From an uncultured virus (IMG/VR IMGVR_UViG_2061766007_000542) (taxonomy: Duplodnaviria; Heunggongvirae; Uroviricota; Caudoviricetes), in IMG/VR virus record IMGVR_UViG_2061766007_000542: a DNA stretch of 29,183 nucleotides; one strand, written 5' to 3'. Shown here in pieces: positions 1-12,373 of this stretch. Position 1 is the first letter of the stretch; each line of letters opens with the position of its first letter. A program made the position numbers and the translations under genes. The notes below the pieces were generated by a model. That model worked only from the letters and a program-made list of their open reading frames with translations, was not told the origin of the DNA and did not search any database.

Positions 1-81
1 GTTCCTAAGTAAACTTTTTTTATTTTCATTCTTCTTTTGTATGATTTAAATAAACAATAATATTGCCCTTTGTATCATATC

Positions 82-804
82 TTAGTAGTTATAAAGAGCC
101 ACATAATCTTGTATTTCCTGTGCTGTCCATACTTTATCCTCACATATTGCCTCATCTACATATCCTTGTATTGTGTTTGTATGACTTGGATGATTTCTAC
201 CAAATACAGTCAGTCATCCATAAGGTCATGTTGCGCTACCATTACCTGTTGCTGTCGTTGATATAACTTGTACTCAATCTATATATCATAACATAGTCGT
301 TCCATTATATGTTAGAGCATAATGATGCCATGTATTTAATGGAGAATAACTATAATTAATTGTATCCCATGCTACCTCCTCTCTTAGATGGCTAAACTGT
401 ACTTGCGAATTGGTTTGATTGAATCAGATACCCCAAGTTACTTTTGTAGAGGAATCAGCTATACTTATTCACATAGGATGGTCGCTTGTATAATGATTTC
501 ATGTAGGTTTCATAAAACACATAATAGTAAATTGTGATGGAAAGCTCTCTCATGTATTGAAATCTGAATATAATCTCTTTCAATCTGAATTATTATATCA
601 GCATCATTTACTTATTCAGTTCGCATTATATACTATTCCATTATTCGTAACTGTGTGTCATTGTGTATCAGTAAATACTGCATCAGATTGATTCATATTT
701 ATGTACCATAGTGTGTTGGCTGTTGGTTTTCGTTTATCTCCTAAATAAATATTCTTCACCTCGTTTTCAGTTCATGGAGTACCTGTATAAACATAAATTG
801 CCAT
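82..804 (-). CDS. LamG/concanavalin-like (Laminin_G_3-type) domain protein, probable receptor-binding/tail-tip protein, 240 aa
   Basis: Open ATG..TAA with TGA=Gly. Motifs FTIMCFMKP, LNTWHHYALTYNGTTMLGYIDGVQV and GYVDEAICEDKVWTAQEIQ are typical of LamG. N-terminal VKNIYLGDKW segment. Lies directly after the tail fibre. Confidence 0.8.
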
Positions 805-810
805 CTTCTA

Positions 811-2184
811 TTATATACAAAAGTAAATGGTATCGTTCTCTTGTACGGTGTAGTATTGCTGTAGTGCATCATACTGAGCTTGTGTTCCTACTCGGAAGTA
901 TCCTGGTTTGTATGGACTATTCGTGTTGTATTGGATAGCTCCTCATTGAAAGGTTGTATTCTCCCATTTCTGACTTGTTGAGTTATAACTTACTACTTGT
1001 CAGTTAGTAGGGCTTGCAATTGTAACATCAGTAAGAGCAGATAAACTTGTAGTCATAGAAGGTACAATTGAAGTTTCTAATTTACCATTAGCATCTAATA
1101 CAGGAACATTTCAAGCACTTGTTCAAGTGTTTTTCGTTGCTGCAGTTCCTATATCTCAAGGTTGTACTGCTGTTGCTCACAATCAAGCTCATGTTCTAAT
1201 AGTTGCTAAATCTGAAATAGTATCTTGTTTAGCACTTAATCCATCGTCTACATATTTTTTCGTTGCAGGACTTCCATTATATTCAGGAGTATAAGGAGTT
1301 GCATAATTTACTCCTGTTGCTAAATATCAAGGATTAGTATTATTTACAACAGAAATCGCAGTTACATCCGCACTAACTATCGTAAATTTTAATCCTGTAT
1401 CTTTCATATAGGTATTTGTTCAGTCGTTGCTTGTAGCACTCTCTAATTTTGTTCTTAGAAAGATAGGATCGCTGTTATCAAATCAAGAAAGGAAGTAATC
1501 TTCATTATTGTACCTTATAACAGCACCATCCCCTCAAAGAGCGTATTCATAAATCTGTTGTGCTACCGTTAAAGAACTTAAAGAAGGGAGAATAAATTGT
1601 CTTGTGTTTACCGTAGGGATATTGATGAAATTATTATAATCAAAAGCATCAGCTTGGAGTCCGTTTGGATCATATACTGATTGCATCATATCTCAAGCCC
1701 CCGTTCCATCTGCTCAGTCTTGAACTTGGAAGGTATCAACTGTTCCACTTGTCTCTGTAATGGTTACGGTTGTTGTTTTTCAAACTTTAGAAGAAGTAAT
1801 ACTTGCTATTCCATTTCAAGTAGGTCATTGAATTCCTTGCTCTCATTGTTCCCCTTGTTCTCCTTGTGGTCAAGTTAAAGTTGTTTTAGCGTTTGTAAGT
1901 GTTACATTGCTTGAATCATCTTTTCAGAAAACAATATCATCTCATGAAAAAGAAGCTGAGACAATACTCGCTCATGCAGGTCAAGGATTTCATTGAACAC
2001 CTTGTTCTCCTTGTTCTCCTTGAGGTCAAGTTTCTCCTGTATCTCCTTTGTCTCCTTTGAGTTCTTCTTTACTTGCTAATCTTGCTTCATTAGTATCACT
2101 ATCAAGAATCAGTATCTTATCACTTTCTGATACCTCAGATTTTACTTCAATATCTGATAAGGGTTTAACTGGTAAATCTGTCAT
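811..2184 (-). CDS. Collagen-repeat tail fibre protein, 457 aa
   Basis: Two Gly-X-Y runs (about 1972-2058 and 1810-1872) in which TGA occupies several Gly slots. Fibre repeat PATKKYVD. C-terminal YF(W=CGA)VGTQAQYDAL..DTIYF motif seen in phage fibres. Confidence 0.85.
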
Positions 2185-2206
2185 TTTCTAATGTTTAAAA
2201 AATAAA

Positions 2207-2425
2207 TTAGTTGCTTTCTTGTCTTGCTCTCCATTTACTATCTTCAAGATATGTTGGATCACATTTAATCTCTAATCCATAATCATCTTTAGGATCAGTA
2301 ATAAGGGTTAAGACACTACTAAAAAAACTTCATAGAGCATAATCTCTACTTTTAGTAGCAAAATTCTCTCTTCAACTATCTTTCCGAGAAGTGTTTGCTG
2401 GTTGTCTATTTCTTCGTTGAATCAT
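2207..2425 (-). CDS. Small hypothetical late protein, 72 aa (MIQWRNRQPANTSWKDSG...)
   Basis: Open frame in the recoded code between a late-promoter motif and the fibre gene. Confidence 0.6.
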
Positions 2426-2453
2426 TAAAAAACTACAAATGATAAACATTTGC

Positions 2454-2481
2454 AGTATAATCATATTTTAGATTTTGGCGG
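2454..2481 (-). promoter_or_regulatory. Late-promoter motif copy 1 (CCGCCA-16 nt-TATACT)
   Basis: One of five identically spaced intergenic copies. Upstream of the fibre operon. Confidence 0.7.
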
Positions 2482-2482
2482 T

Positions 2483-2647
2483 TTATTGTGATACAAGGAA
2501 GGTTAGTTTTTCTTCTATATCTCCCATATGCCAAGTGATATTAGTCCTCAAGTTTCTTATATCTTCTCTTAATTCGTTATTTTGTTTGATAAAATAAAAA
2601 GAAAGAAAAGTCTGAATAAGAATAAGGATTAAAAGGATTCGTTTCAT
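2483..2647 (-). CDS. Small membrane-anchored protein, 54 aa (MKWILLILILIQTFLSFYFIKQNNELRED...)
   Basis: ATG..TAA with an N-terminal hydrophobic helix and short coiled coil. Confidence 0.65.
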   Translation of the reverse strand: MKRILLILILIQTFLSFYFIKQNNELREDIRNLRTNITWHMGDIEEKLTFLVSQ

Positions 2648-2653
2648 TGTGTA

Positions 2654-3106
2654 TTATTCGATATAAAAGAATTGTATTCTATATCAAGGTTGTAATTTTT
2701 TTATTCAATCTTCTCGTTTTGAATAACAATCCGTATTTGAGAGTCAAGTGTTATCTTCGGTACTATCACAACTAAAAAGGCGGTTTTTTGAAAAATAGTT
2801 CTCTATAATATAATCATGATATCTTGTTCAATCAGGTTCACGATTCGTTATTTCATAAGTAGCAACACAATCTTTTATAGCTTTACTGTAAAAGACATTT
2901 ACATCACTTATAACCTGAGAATATCAATTATCTACATATTCATATTTTTCTTTTAAAAATTTTTCATACTCTACCGTTAGACTTGCACATCATAAATTTC
3001 TTTCAAAATCATCTCTATTTAGTGATTCAGTAAGTTTTGAATCTAGAAAATAGTATCAGCAAATAACAAAACACACCATCATAACTATAAATTGTCGGTT
3101 TTTCAT
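2654..3106 (-). CDS. Membrane-anchored/exported protein with four extracytoplasmic Cys, 150 aa
   Basis: Open with TGA=Gly. N-terminal MKNWQFIVMMVCFVICGYYFL anchor, then a soluble domain (NLGCASL..VFYSKAIKDCV..FSC..DCYSKW). Confidence 0.7.
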
Positions 3107-3149
3107 TGTAAAAAAGATAGTAAAATAAAATTTATTTTTTATCTATATC

Positions 3150-3320
3150 TTATTCTTCTTCTCATTTTATAACTCAATAAAGATAATGAAGATATCATTT
3201 TACTGAGTCTATTTTTTCAATAGTTTCTTGATGTTGCCTTTCTAAAAGACTAATAACTTCTTTAAAACCTCTATACACAGTGATTAGTAAAATAACAAGC
3301 AAAATGTACACCAATCGCAT
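3150..3320 (-). CDS. Small membrane-anchored protein, 56 aa (MWLVYILLVILLITVYRGFKE...)
   Basis: ATG..TAA with an N-terminal hydrophobic helix. Confidence 0.6.
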
Positions 3321-3336
3321 TAGTTAAAATTACATA

Positions 3337-3438
3337 TTAAAAGAATATTTTAAATAATCAGAATCCACCCATTAAACAGAATAAGAGGATATTACCTAAA
3401 ATCTTTTGTGTTTTTATTGTAAAAATTCAATTTTTCAT
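3337..3438 (-). CDS. Hydrophobic micropeptide, 33 aa (MKNGIFTIKTQKILGNILLFCLMGGFGLFKIFF)
   Basis: First ORF after the TTGACA promoter. Shares a near-identical leader with the 3106 gene. Confidence 0.5.
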
Positions 3439-3469
3439 TGTAAAAAAGATAACAAAATAAATTTGCTAT

Positions 3470-3497
3470 CTTTTATGTTTTTATATTTAAATGTCAA
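3470..3497 (-). promoter_or_regulatory. Sigma70-like promoter for the moron cassette (TTGACA-16 nt-TAAAAG)
   Basis: Perfect -35 hexamer at 3497-3492 in the intergenic gap; weak -10. Confidence 0.5.
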
Positions 3498-3499
3498 GA

Positions 3500-5416
3500 T
3501 TAAGCGAACTGTACTCATTCTGATCATTGAACGAAGGCTCTACCTTTCACTTTACTTTGGTCTACCTCCTTTCAATTTACATAAATTGGGATATCTCATA
3601 GTGAGTCAAACATTCAGAATTTTCAATCTTTATGGTTTTTCTTCCATTCGTTATATGATTTTTGAGCATCTTCATCACTCATATTATATCACAATACTTG
3701 AGCTTGTTCTTTAATTGTTGTAATCTTTTCATCATCGCTCATGTCGTTCCATTCTTCTTTTACATCAGCGACACTTGTTAATAAATCATTTACAATAATT
3801 GCAGGAGATGCATCTCAAAACGATTTTGCGGCTTCTCCAATAGTTCATGGAGCTTCTCTTAGCATATCCATCAAACCGTTAGGGTCTGCTACTTTTAGCA
3901 TTCACATTCCTTTTGAAGCTCATTTAAGAAACTTCTTACCGTTTTTCAAAACATAATTGAAAACATCTCAAACACCTTCAACAACTTGTTTTCCTCCTAT
4001 TCAAGCCTTAGCCAATCATTTTCCTCATTTGTTTAATAATAATCAAGCTTTTTGTTTGATAGGGTCTGCTTTATTAGAGAGCCAATCCATAAATCCTCCA
4101 AACCCTCATTTAGAAGGTCATTTAGTAGCAGTAGAAGCCAAATTGTCAGCATATTCTGTAAGATTAGCATAGTCCTTATAAAGTTTTGCTGTATCTTGTC
4201 AGAGTTCTTTTGTTAAAGTGCTATGAATAGTGTTTTTGAGTTTATTTGAAAGAATACCTTTTAATTCTTGTAATTCATTTGTAACCTCATTTCATTTAAA
4301 GAATTTCTGTGGGGTTCTTCCTTGTAATCCACTCTTTAAAGTCTGTGAATCTTTGAGAGAGTAGTTAGCAAATTTACTATCTTTATAAGAATCTTTTAGA
4401 CTTCCTAAAGCATCTTCATAAGCTTTGAGTTTATCTGGATCGTTTTTAGCTAAATCTTGGATATCTTCTGCCAAGTCATCAATAAGTCCTTGTACATTGA
4501 TAGTAGAAGTCGATTTCTCTAATGCTGGATTGATTGTTTTCTTAAAGATTTGATTAGCTTTTGACCTTGCTTGGATACCTCTACTTTCAGCACTCCATCA
4601 CTCTGTTAATCATTCTCAAACATTATATTCTAAAGCAGTATCAGCAACGGTATTTACTTTTCTTGCTTGTGCTGTTTTTAGATTTTGCTCCGCTTCATTG
4701 AGGACATTCTGAGCTTCTTCCACTCATTCTCAAAGTTTTTTCGCTTGTTTTAATTCTGCTTTAGCATCTTTTACAGCTATTTCTGCATCTTTGAGATTTG
4801 CTCAAGCTCTTTGGACTTCTCTTGCTTCTTTGATTGATTGGTCAATAGTAGAGGAGTAAAGTTTCTCTCCAAGTTTCTGTAATCATTTTCAAACTCAACG
4901 AACTGTAGCATCAGTTCAAGCTAATGCTCACATAGTTCAAGCTGTAACTGCAAGCCTCTTTCAGACTTTACTCTCTTCTTCAACTGGTCTTTCTTTTAGT
5001 CCAGTTTCATAAAGAATTGTTTCGTCTCCACTTTCAAGATAAGCATTCAAACTCTCAATACTTGACCCTTTATCTTGTGCATAATTGATAAAACTATTGA
5101 TTACATCTTGAGTTTTAGCATCAGTTTTCAATTGGAACTTATCTTTTACCAAATCAGCCAACTGTTCTTGTCTTACATTACTTTGAAGATAGTTTTTTTG
5201 TTTTGGATCTTGTTCCGTTGTACTCTTATAAAAGAGTTCATTTTCTGTTTTTATCCTATCGTTAGAATAGTTTTGTTGATTAAGTTTATTGATTGCTTGT
5301 TGATACAGTTTTTGTTGTGCTTGTATCTTTTCAGTTCAAGTGAGGTTGGAAGTCACTTGTTCCAACCTTTCCACTTGTTCTTTGCTTAATCAAGGGAAAT
5401 TTGTGTTTGTGTCCAT
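3500..5416 (-). CDS. Large virion protein, probable DNA-ejection/internal protein 2, 638 aa
   Basis: One continuous frame with TGA=Gly joining track ORFs 4961-5161 and 4292-4474. Helical, Ala/Gly/Lys-rich. Position matches podovirus ejection proteins. Confidence 0.7.
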
Positions 5417-5419
5417 TCT

Positions 5420-8395
5420 TTATAATCACAATATAAAATCAATATTTTGGTCTGAATAGATGTTTTGAGTGTCGAATAATCCATCAAAATATTTTGTTCT
5501 ATCGTCAGAAGGTCAAGTTTGGATAGGAGATTGATAGTTATAATAAGTTGATAAATCGATACCCATTGATTGATTAAGCCATTGTGCAGCCGCATCGGTA
5601 TAGATAGGGTCTGGTTTATATCCCGTTGCTCTATAAAAGTTTAATGCTTCAGACTCATTCTTTTCATAGAGATTCCTTGCAAAATGTTGGAATACAGCCT
5701 TTGCTTTATCAGTTCCCATATTACCACTTAAAAGTTCTTTAATATCATTGATTTCTTCCGTCGTTGGACTTGCCCCTCCTTTCAATGCTTTTGCAATTTC
5801 TGAAGAAGCTACTCTCAAATCTGAATACAAAGCTCAAACAGTAGGGTCTCCAGTTTCTGACTTAAATTCGTTAATCCATTTATTGATTGTGTTAATATCA
5901 TAGTTTCATAATTCATCAAAAGAATCAGAAACAGCCTTTAGAATAGACATAGCCGTTGAGTTGGCTGAAGAAGATCCTCAAGGTCAAGCCGCCTTTTGCC
6001 AATCTTTAATAACTTTATTAGCTTGGTCAAATTTTCCTTCTGTATATCAAGCATCTCTTCCAATGGCAGCAGCAGCCGCTCTAATTCTTGCATTAGATTT
6101 ACCATTATCAGCTCAAGATTTAGGAAGACTTGCTGGATTAGTTTGATAAGTTAAAAGTCCCTCTACTGTTAACCATTCATCATCTGTAAGATCTCTCCAT
6201 CAAGGATATTTTGTGAAATCGTAAGTAGTACCATTATAATTAAAGGTTGTTTCTTTCCCCCCTATATCACTATTAGCCTTTGGAGGTTGACTTGGATCAA
6301 AGAATCCTTTACAAGAAGGGCTTCAAGCTAAAATATGTCTTGTATGTACCACTCAATCACTGTTATAATTACTATCTTTTACATCAAAACTTCAATCATC
6401 ATATACTTTCGTAACAATTCCTACATGTCCATAATTTACTCAATCACTGCTTTTGTGGTTATAATCAAACACTGCAACACTTCATACAATAGGAGTATCA
6501 CTATTTACTGAGTTTAGTTTTGTGTTTATATCATTGTCATAATATCTTCCTAATCCTATTTTTTGGAGATAATCATTTACAAACTTTCCACATTGTCCAG
6601 CCTTATAATTATCTTTTGCTTCTGATTCATTGAGAAAATCTCATAAAGTATAAGTTCAAGTTCAAGTATCCAACGATAAGTGAGAACTATCTACTAAATC
6701 ATAAGGTTTAGCAGTTGAAACCGTTTCAGAAGGGTCTTCTAAGTATTGATAAGAGATACTACCGTTTGGATTAGTGGTCATTATTACAGATTTACCATTT
6801 ATTGTTGCTACACTTTGTTTAGATAGCATTCAATATTGAGTAGCTACTTTTTGTTTATACTCTGCCTTTCATTGTAAAGGTTTGATAAAGTTCTCAGTCA
6901 TTGCTTGAGCTACACTTATTCCCTTTTCATTCGCATAATTGATAATATCATCTACTACTTGAGCCTGACTCCTTTGAATAATATCTCCGTACTGTTCATA
7001 ATAAGAAGTTAAAGCATTGTTGAGATTTGCTCTTAGTTGCTTTGGATCACTTACAGAAAGGTCTGTTAATTCGTTTTGTAATTGATTTTGAAGTTTTGCT
7101 CCAGCATATTGATTATATAAGTTCAAGTCTTGCTGTTTTGACTGCTGTAACAAATTCATTTCGTTTGAAATAGCTGTTGTAGTCAATTGAAGTTGTGCTT
7201 GTTGTTCTGGTGTTCTATAACTTGCTGTTTGCATAGCAAAACCAAGCCCTTGTAATCTTTGGTTAAAGATTCTTTGGTCTTCTTGTGCTTGTGCTTGCAT
7301 AACTTGTACAGATTGATTAGCAAGAGCAAGATTGCTATTTCTACCATTAAGAAGAATTTGATAAGAGTTTTGTAAATTAGCTTCTACTTGCTGATAAGGA
7401 GCAAGAGCTTTTTGCATTCTTGCAGCTGCTAAAGCATCACTTACATTTCCACCCGCATTATTAGCATATCTTGTCATGATACTTTCCATCTTTTGATGGT
7501 TTTGATTAAGTTGGTTTTGATAGTTTGATAATTTCTCACTATCACTAAAAACCCCAAGCCTCTCACACATTGAAGTCCAATTATCATAGATTTGATAAGA
7601 TTGTCATGGATCAAGATTTAGTTTTTTAGAGATAGATTGAAAGAGTTCAGCATTAGCAGTTGGGTCTGCAGGAGTAGCAAGGTTAGCAATTCTCAAATTG
7701 ATTTCATCTTGTTGCTTTTGTTGTCGTTCTCTATAAGCTTCAGGACTGTATTCTTTAATATAGTTTAGTTGGTCATTAGTGATCTCTGCATCATTCATAC
7801 CGTTTAGAATACTATCTCAGGTATTGTATCTTTGAGCGGTATCCATTCCCTCTTTTTTCTTCCAATAACTATCCAAGAGAGCTTTTTGTTGATCGTTTCT
7901 ATCGTTATAATGAAACATCTTGTTATAAGTATCTCTATCTGAGAAATACTCTCTATTTGTTTGTCGGTAAGCATTCAAGTTATTAGTGATTTCATTCATT
8001 CTTGCATCACTATCCAATTGATAGTCTGGTCTTCAAGTTTGTTGTGCTGTTCCCTCTTGTACTTTTACTTTTCCATCAGTCTTTCCGAACATTGAAGTGT
8101 CTAATTTTTCCTCTGGATCATAAGTAGGAGTTTCAATCTTTGGTTCTTGTTGCTGTACTTGTTCTTGTTGCTGTACTTGTTGATTTTGTTGTTGATTTTG
8201 TGAGGTCTGTTGTGGATTAGAAAAAGAATTAGAATCCTGAATCTGTTGAGGGTTAGTTTCTGATTGATATTGATTCCAATAGTTCTTAAAATCTTCTCAA
8301 GTTCAAGGTTGAGCTATCAGATTTTCAATTTCTTTTTTCCCCTTTTCATCCATTCAATTCAATTGATTTTTGAAATTATCATAGGTCATAGCCAT
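5420..8395 (-). CDS. Large Gln-rich virion protein with internal CHAP domain, probable ejection protein 1, 991 aa
   Basis: Continuous frame joining track ORFs at 8017, 7798, 7570 and 5830. CHAP-like segment at about 6295-6600: GQCGKFVNDY...PIVGSVAVF...YGHVGIVTKVYDDGSFDVKDSN. Confidence 0.8.
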
Positions 8396-8413
8396 TTGTT
8401 TTCGCTTATTAGA

Positions 8414-8442
8414 AATAAAAACACACAAATTTCTTTGTGTGT
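8414..8442 (-). terminator. Hairpin ACACACAAA/TTTGTGTGT plus T-tract, overlapping the start region of late-promoter copy 2
   Basis: Perfect 9-bp inverted repeat 8421-8442 followed by TTTTATTT on the minus strand. Confidence 0.45.
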
Positions 8443-8470
8443 AATATAATCATTTTTTCAATTTTGGCGG
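8443..8470 (-). promoter_or_regulatory. Late-promoter motif copy 2 (CCGCCA-16 nt-TATATT)
   Basis: Upstream of the ejection-protein genes; same spacing as the other copies. Confidence 0.7.
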
Positions 8471-8494
8471 ATTATATGCTTTATCCTTTTTTTA

Positions 8495-9262
8495 TTATCA
8501 GAGTTTTACTATACGGAAAGTACAAGCAACAAAACAATTATAAGTTCACGAATTACATGCTCTTCATACTAAAGGAATAAGTTTTGTCCCTTTCGGATAA
8601 GTCGATATTGCTGTACAATTAAAAGTTGCACCGTTTCAAGTTCCCCTATAACTTGCTCATTCGATATGAGAACACATTCAAGTTTTTGGATCAATAGTAT
8701 CTAAATAAACCCAAGTTTTATCTTTATAACTATTTATTGAATCATAAGTATTTCCCCAATAAGTGAAACTACCACCTATTAAAATATAATATACTCCATC
8801 TTCTGCAATTTCAACATAAGTTGTCTTTGTGGTTTTATAGTTTATAGTGTTTTGTGTTCATCAAGAAGCATAGGTAACCTCTCACTCTCTTAAAATATAA
8901 CTTGTAGCATCAGGAGAAATAATATTATTAAATGCTTTACTTCCTGCATTATATCATAAAGCTTTTAAATCATCATCAGTAAGCCCATAGGGAAGATTAG
9001 AGGGATCTCGTTTCCCTCTTGTAAAGATTGGAGCTTCATAAGATACAGGAGTATTATTGACAGAATTGTCTACAAGAGCCATTCATGCTATCTGTAAAAG
9101 CTTAAAATCAGTATCTTTATTTGCATCTCTGAATTTCCATTTATCTCCTTGTAATCAAGGTCTTATCTTTGTACCGTTATCATCTCTTGGTCGGTTACTA
9201 TCTCAGAAAACGGCGTCATCACCGTTTCTGAAATCGTTCCCAAATTGTTTTCAAGCATACAT
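8495..9262 (-). CDS. Virion tail-associated protein with beta-rich C-terminus, 255 aa
   Basis: TAATG-coupled to the upstream gene. Open with TGA=Gly. YVEIAEDGVYYILIGGSF resembles beta-sandwich tail domains. Confidence 0.65.
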
Positions 9263-11622
9263 TATCATCTGTTCCTTTGATTAGCGACTAAATCTACTAC
9301 AAACAGTTCTGGACTTGCTTTTTCTGTTCAAGTTCCTCTTACTTTTACTTGTAAAGTATGAGTCTTTGGAAGTTCAAGCAAGTTATTAAGGTTTGTGAAT
9401 CTCTGCTCTCATTCTGTATATTCATCTGCAGTTATTTCTCAGATTTTTCTAAAGTGATTGTATTCTGTATAAGTATAGAATCAAGTTCAAACAGTTGCTA
9501 TTGCAAGTTGTTTGAGAGAACTTTCTGTTTGTTGTGGTAAATCTCAAACAAGTCTATAAGTAAACCATACACCGTCATCTTCTACATACTCCAAATGATA
9601 AGTTCCTGTAGTTCAAACAATCTTAAGTTCTTCTGTTCTTAATTGTTCAAGTGCAAGATCTGGGTCTATTCAAGGCATAGCTTCTCCTACTTTGAAAGTT
9701 CGATAATGATAATGATTTCAAGCTCCCCAAAACTCTAATTTGCAGTCTTTTGAGGGAAGAATATAAGAACAATATAAGTCTGACTCTTCTTTCTCTAAAA
9801 GATGATTTCCTATTGCGATTGGGTATTCAGCCTCTCGTACTGTTTGATAGTTCTTATACTTATTGTCATCTTGATAAATGATATTATATTTTTTTGTTAC
9901 TGTTTCTTCTTCTTGTTCGTCATATTCTTCTTTTTCATAACTTACGATCAAATTTTCTCCCTCTACTTTTAAATCAGTGATTTCTCCTTCACAATCCAAA
10001 ATAAAACTTCAAGCTTTACCTCAAGTCGTTTGTCAGTATTGAAAAACACGGTTATCTTCTGTTGTTAGAATTAAATCTCCTCTATATTCTACCATCTTTC
10101 AAGTAAATCTATATTGTTCCTCTGTATCGATTAAATTTTCATATTGTAATACGGTCTGACCTGTCTTTTTCTTATTCCCTCAGATTAAAGGAACAAGCTC
10201 TTGAGTATTATAGCACCACAATTGACTTATCCCTCTGTCTTCTCCTACAAGATACATAAGATAATCAATATTGATAGCCCCTTTGAAAGTACATCAATAA
10301 GCAATATAAGGAGTTCCTTTTCATCAAGTCAAATCGCAAGGAATAATATAACCGTTTCAATCCATGTCCCCTATCATATAGATTCTTTCATTCCAAGAGA
10401 TCATGTCTACCACATCCATTGTTGTTGGATTATCCCAAGCCATATATTGAGTTAATTTATAATCCGTTATATCATAACCAGTCTCGTTCATTTTCCGTGA
10501 TGATTCATACTGGTAAAGTGTTTGTGTTGTTGCTCATTTCTCCCAGTAATACTCTCAGATTTTTTTGAGTTTTCTATCATTTTTGATAGGAAGCAAATTA
10601 TAAGTATTGAAAGTATCTGCATAAATGTCTACGATTCAATCTCCATAATCTCGCCTCATGCTTTCTACTCTAAAAGGGTCTGGTCATCACATAAAATTAA
10701 CCATAAGCCTATCTTCCCATTTATAAGTACTTCTTCCATCTTTTTGCTTCAAACGGAAAGTAATACGGACATAATGATTACTATTTTCTGAAGTTCAAGC
10801 ATTGTTTGGATTAGCTTCAAGTTCAATATATTCTGGAGTATAAATATCATAAGTATCTCCATAACTTATCGTAGCGAGATTATTTCTCAAACTTACAAAG
10901 CTATTAGTCTGAGGAGAATAATAATGTTCCCATTCCCAATACTCGACAGATTCAATATAAGGAACGGCATCATCATCTCTTCCATTATATTTATAAGCTC
11001 AAACTGAAAACTTTATTTTCCCAAATTCTGAAGTAGGAATATTAAAATACACTTCTCATCGTGTAGCATTGTTATCCGACTTCTTTATCATGTATCATTG
11101 ACACAATCATTTAGAATCATCCTGTGGACGATCCCACCTTTCTATTACACCTCCTTCTCGTACAAGATTTGTAAGAGCATCAGCTGGAAATGTTTTCTGA
11201 AAGATATATCCGTTTTTATTATAATTATACTGTGCATCATTTGAAAACACCGTAAAATTCTTCCAATCTCATCATTCATATTGTGCGATAATATCTTTTG
11301 AAGTCCCTCGATCTGCTTGATTATATGTCCCATATCTTCCAGTATAAGATACTGTAGTGTCTGGCATAGTAGCATCTGGATCAGCTATTACTGCATCGTT
11401 TTCATACACTTTCCCATCAGTTTTCAATACTAAGCTTCCTACTTGTTTAATAATATCACTTCAAGTCTCCGTTTTTTCACTCCAAGCCGTACCTTTTACA
11501 CTTTTACTACTTGAAAAAATGTCTAAGTTTTTACTTCTTAGACATCAAGGATTAGTAGAATATTTATCAGTTTGCTGTCCTGCTGGGAGTCAAGAAGTGA
11601 TTATGTTTAGATTTTCTACCAT
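9262..11622 (-). CDS. Probable tail nozzle / packaged-DNA stabilisation protein (P22 gp10 / T7 gp12-like position), 786 aa
   Basis: TAATG-coupled to the adaptor gene. Long beta-rich frame with TGA=Gly including track ORF 9718-9999 (not every codon checked). Function assigned by size and synteny. Confidence 0.65.
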
Positions 11623-12296
11623 TATTTATCGATTTTAGAATAATAAATACTTTGTACTCTTTGAGTGATATATCTTTTCATTTCCTCCTTTTTCTGTTCA
11701 TAAAGATTCCTACATCTATCAGCTTTATCAAAGTCTTGTTTATGTTCTCGAAGTTCTGCTTTTAATCCGAACATCACTACTTCGTAAAAGTCTTTTAAAT
11801 CTTCATGTCAAGGGAATAAAACTTCTTCTTCCTCATCATCAAGAGTTATTTCATTTACTGCACTTATTCCTTCTACTTTTAATCCTCCTTCAATAGTTTC
11901 TTCTGGGATTCGATTAAGAATAATATGATTGTCTTTTACGGTATAACCTCTTAATCAAACCAATTCTTCACTGTCTGACAATTCATTTAATACTTCTGTT
12001 CCATTTTCTGTAATGATAGACACTCTCTTTACTTTAGCTATTCAAGGAACTTTAACAGTATTTCAGAGGTCATCAATATATTCTGTTTCTTCTCTCTCGA
12101 TTTTATACTCTTTAGCTCATTCTTGGAGGTCTGTATTTCGATAAGTCCAAAAATAATCTTCTTGTACTGTTACGATCATTCTCCATAGTTCTTTATATCT
12201 TGCATTAAATTTTCTCAATGCTTTTTCATAAGGATAACTAGCAACTGATGTATTTGTATCTTCATAAGCATCCTTAAATATTTCTTCTATCGTCAT
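11622..12296 (-). CDS. Probable head-tail adaptor, 224 aa
   Basis: Directly after the capsid gene. MTIEEIFKDAYEDT..TDLQEGAKEY layout resembles adaptor proteins. Confidence 0.65.
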
Positions 12297-12335
12297 TCTC
12301 AATAATAAATAACAAGTTAAAACATACTATTTATT

Positions 12336-12362
12336 AAAGAGGAGGAGAGATTTCCTCCCCTC
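12336..12362 (-). terminator. Possible intrinsic terminator after the capsid gene
   Basis: Stem GAGGGGAG/CTCTCCTC (one G-U) with loop GAAAT and a weak T-tract. Confidence 0.5.
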
Positions 12363-12373
12363 AAAAATATTTA

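Noticed and set aside
8145..8200. 18-bp duplication and CAA-rich repeats
   Set aside because: In-frame Gln-rich low-complexity protein sequence (QVQQQE twice); ordinary.
5420..8395. Tape-measure protein of a long-tailed phage
   Set aside because: No tail tube, sheath or chaperone genes are seen; gene order fits a short-tailed virion with ejection proteins.
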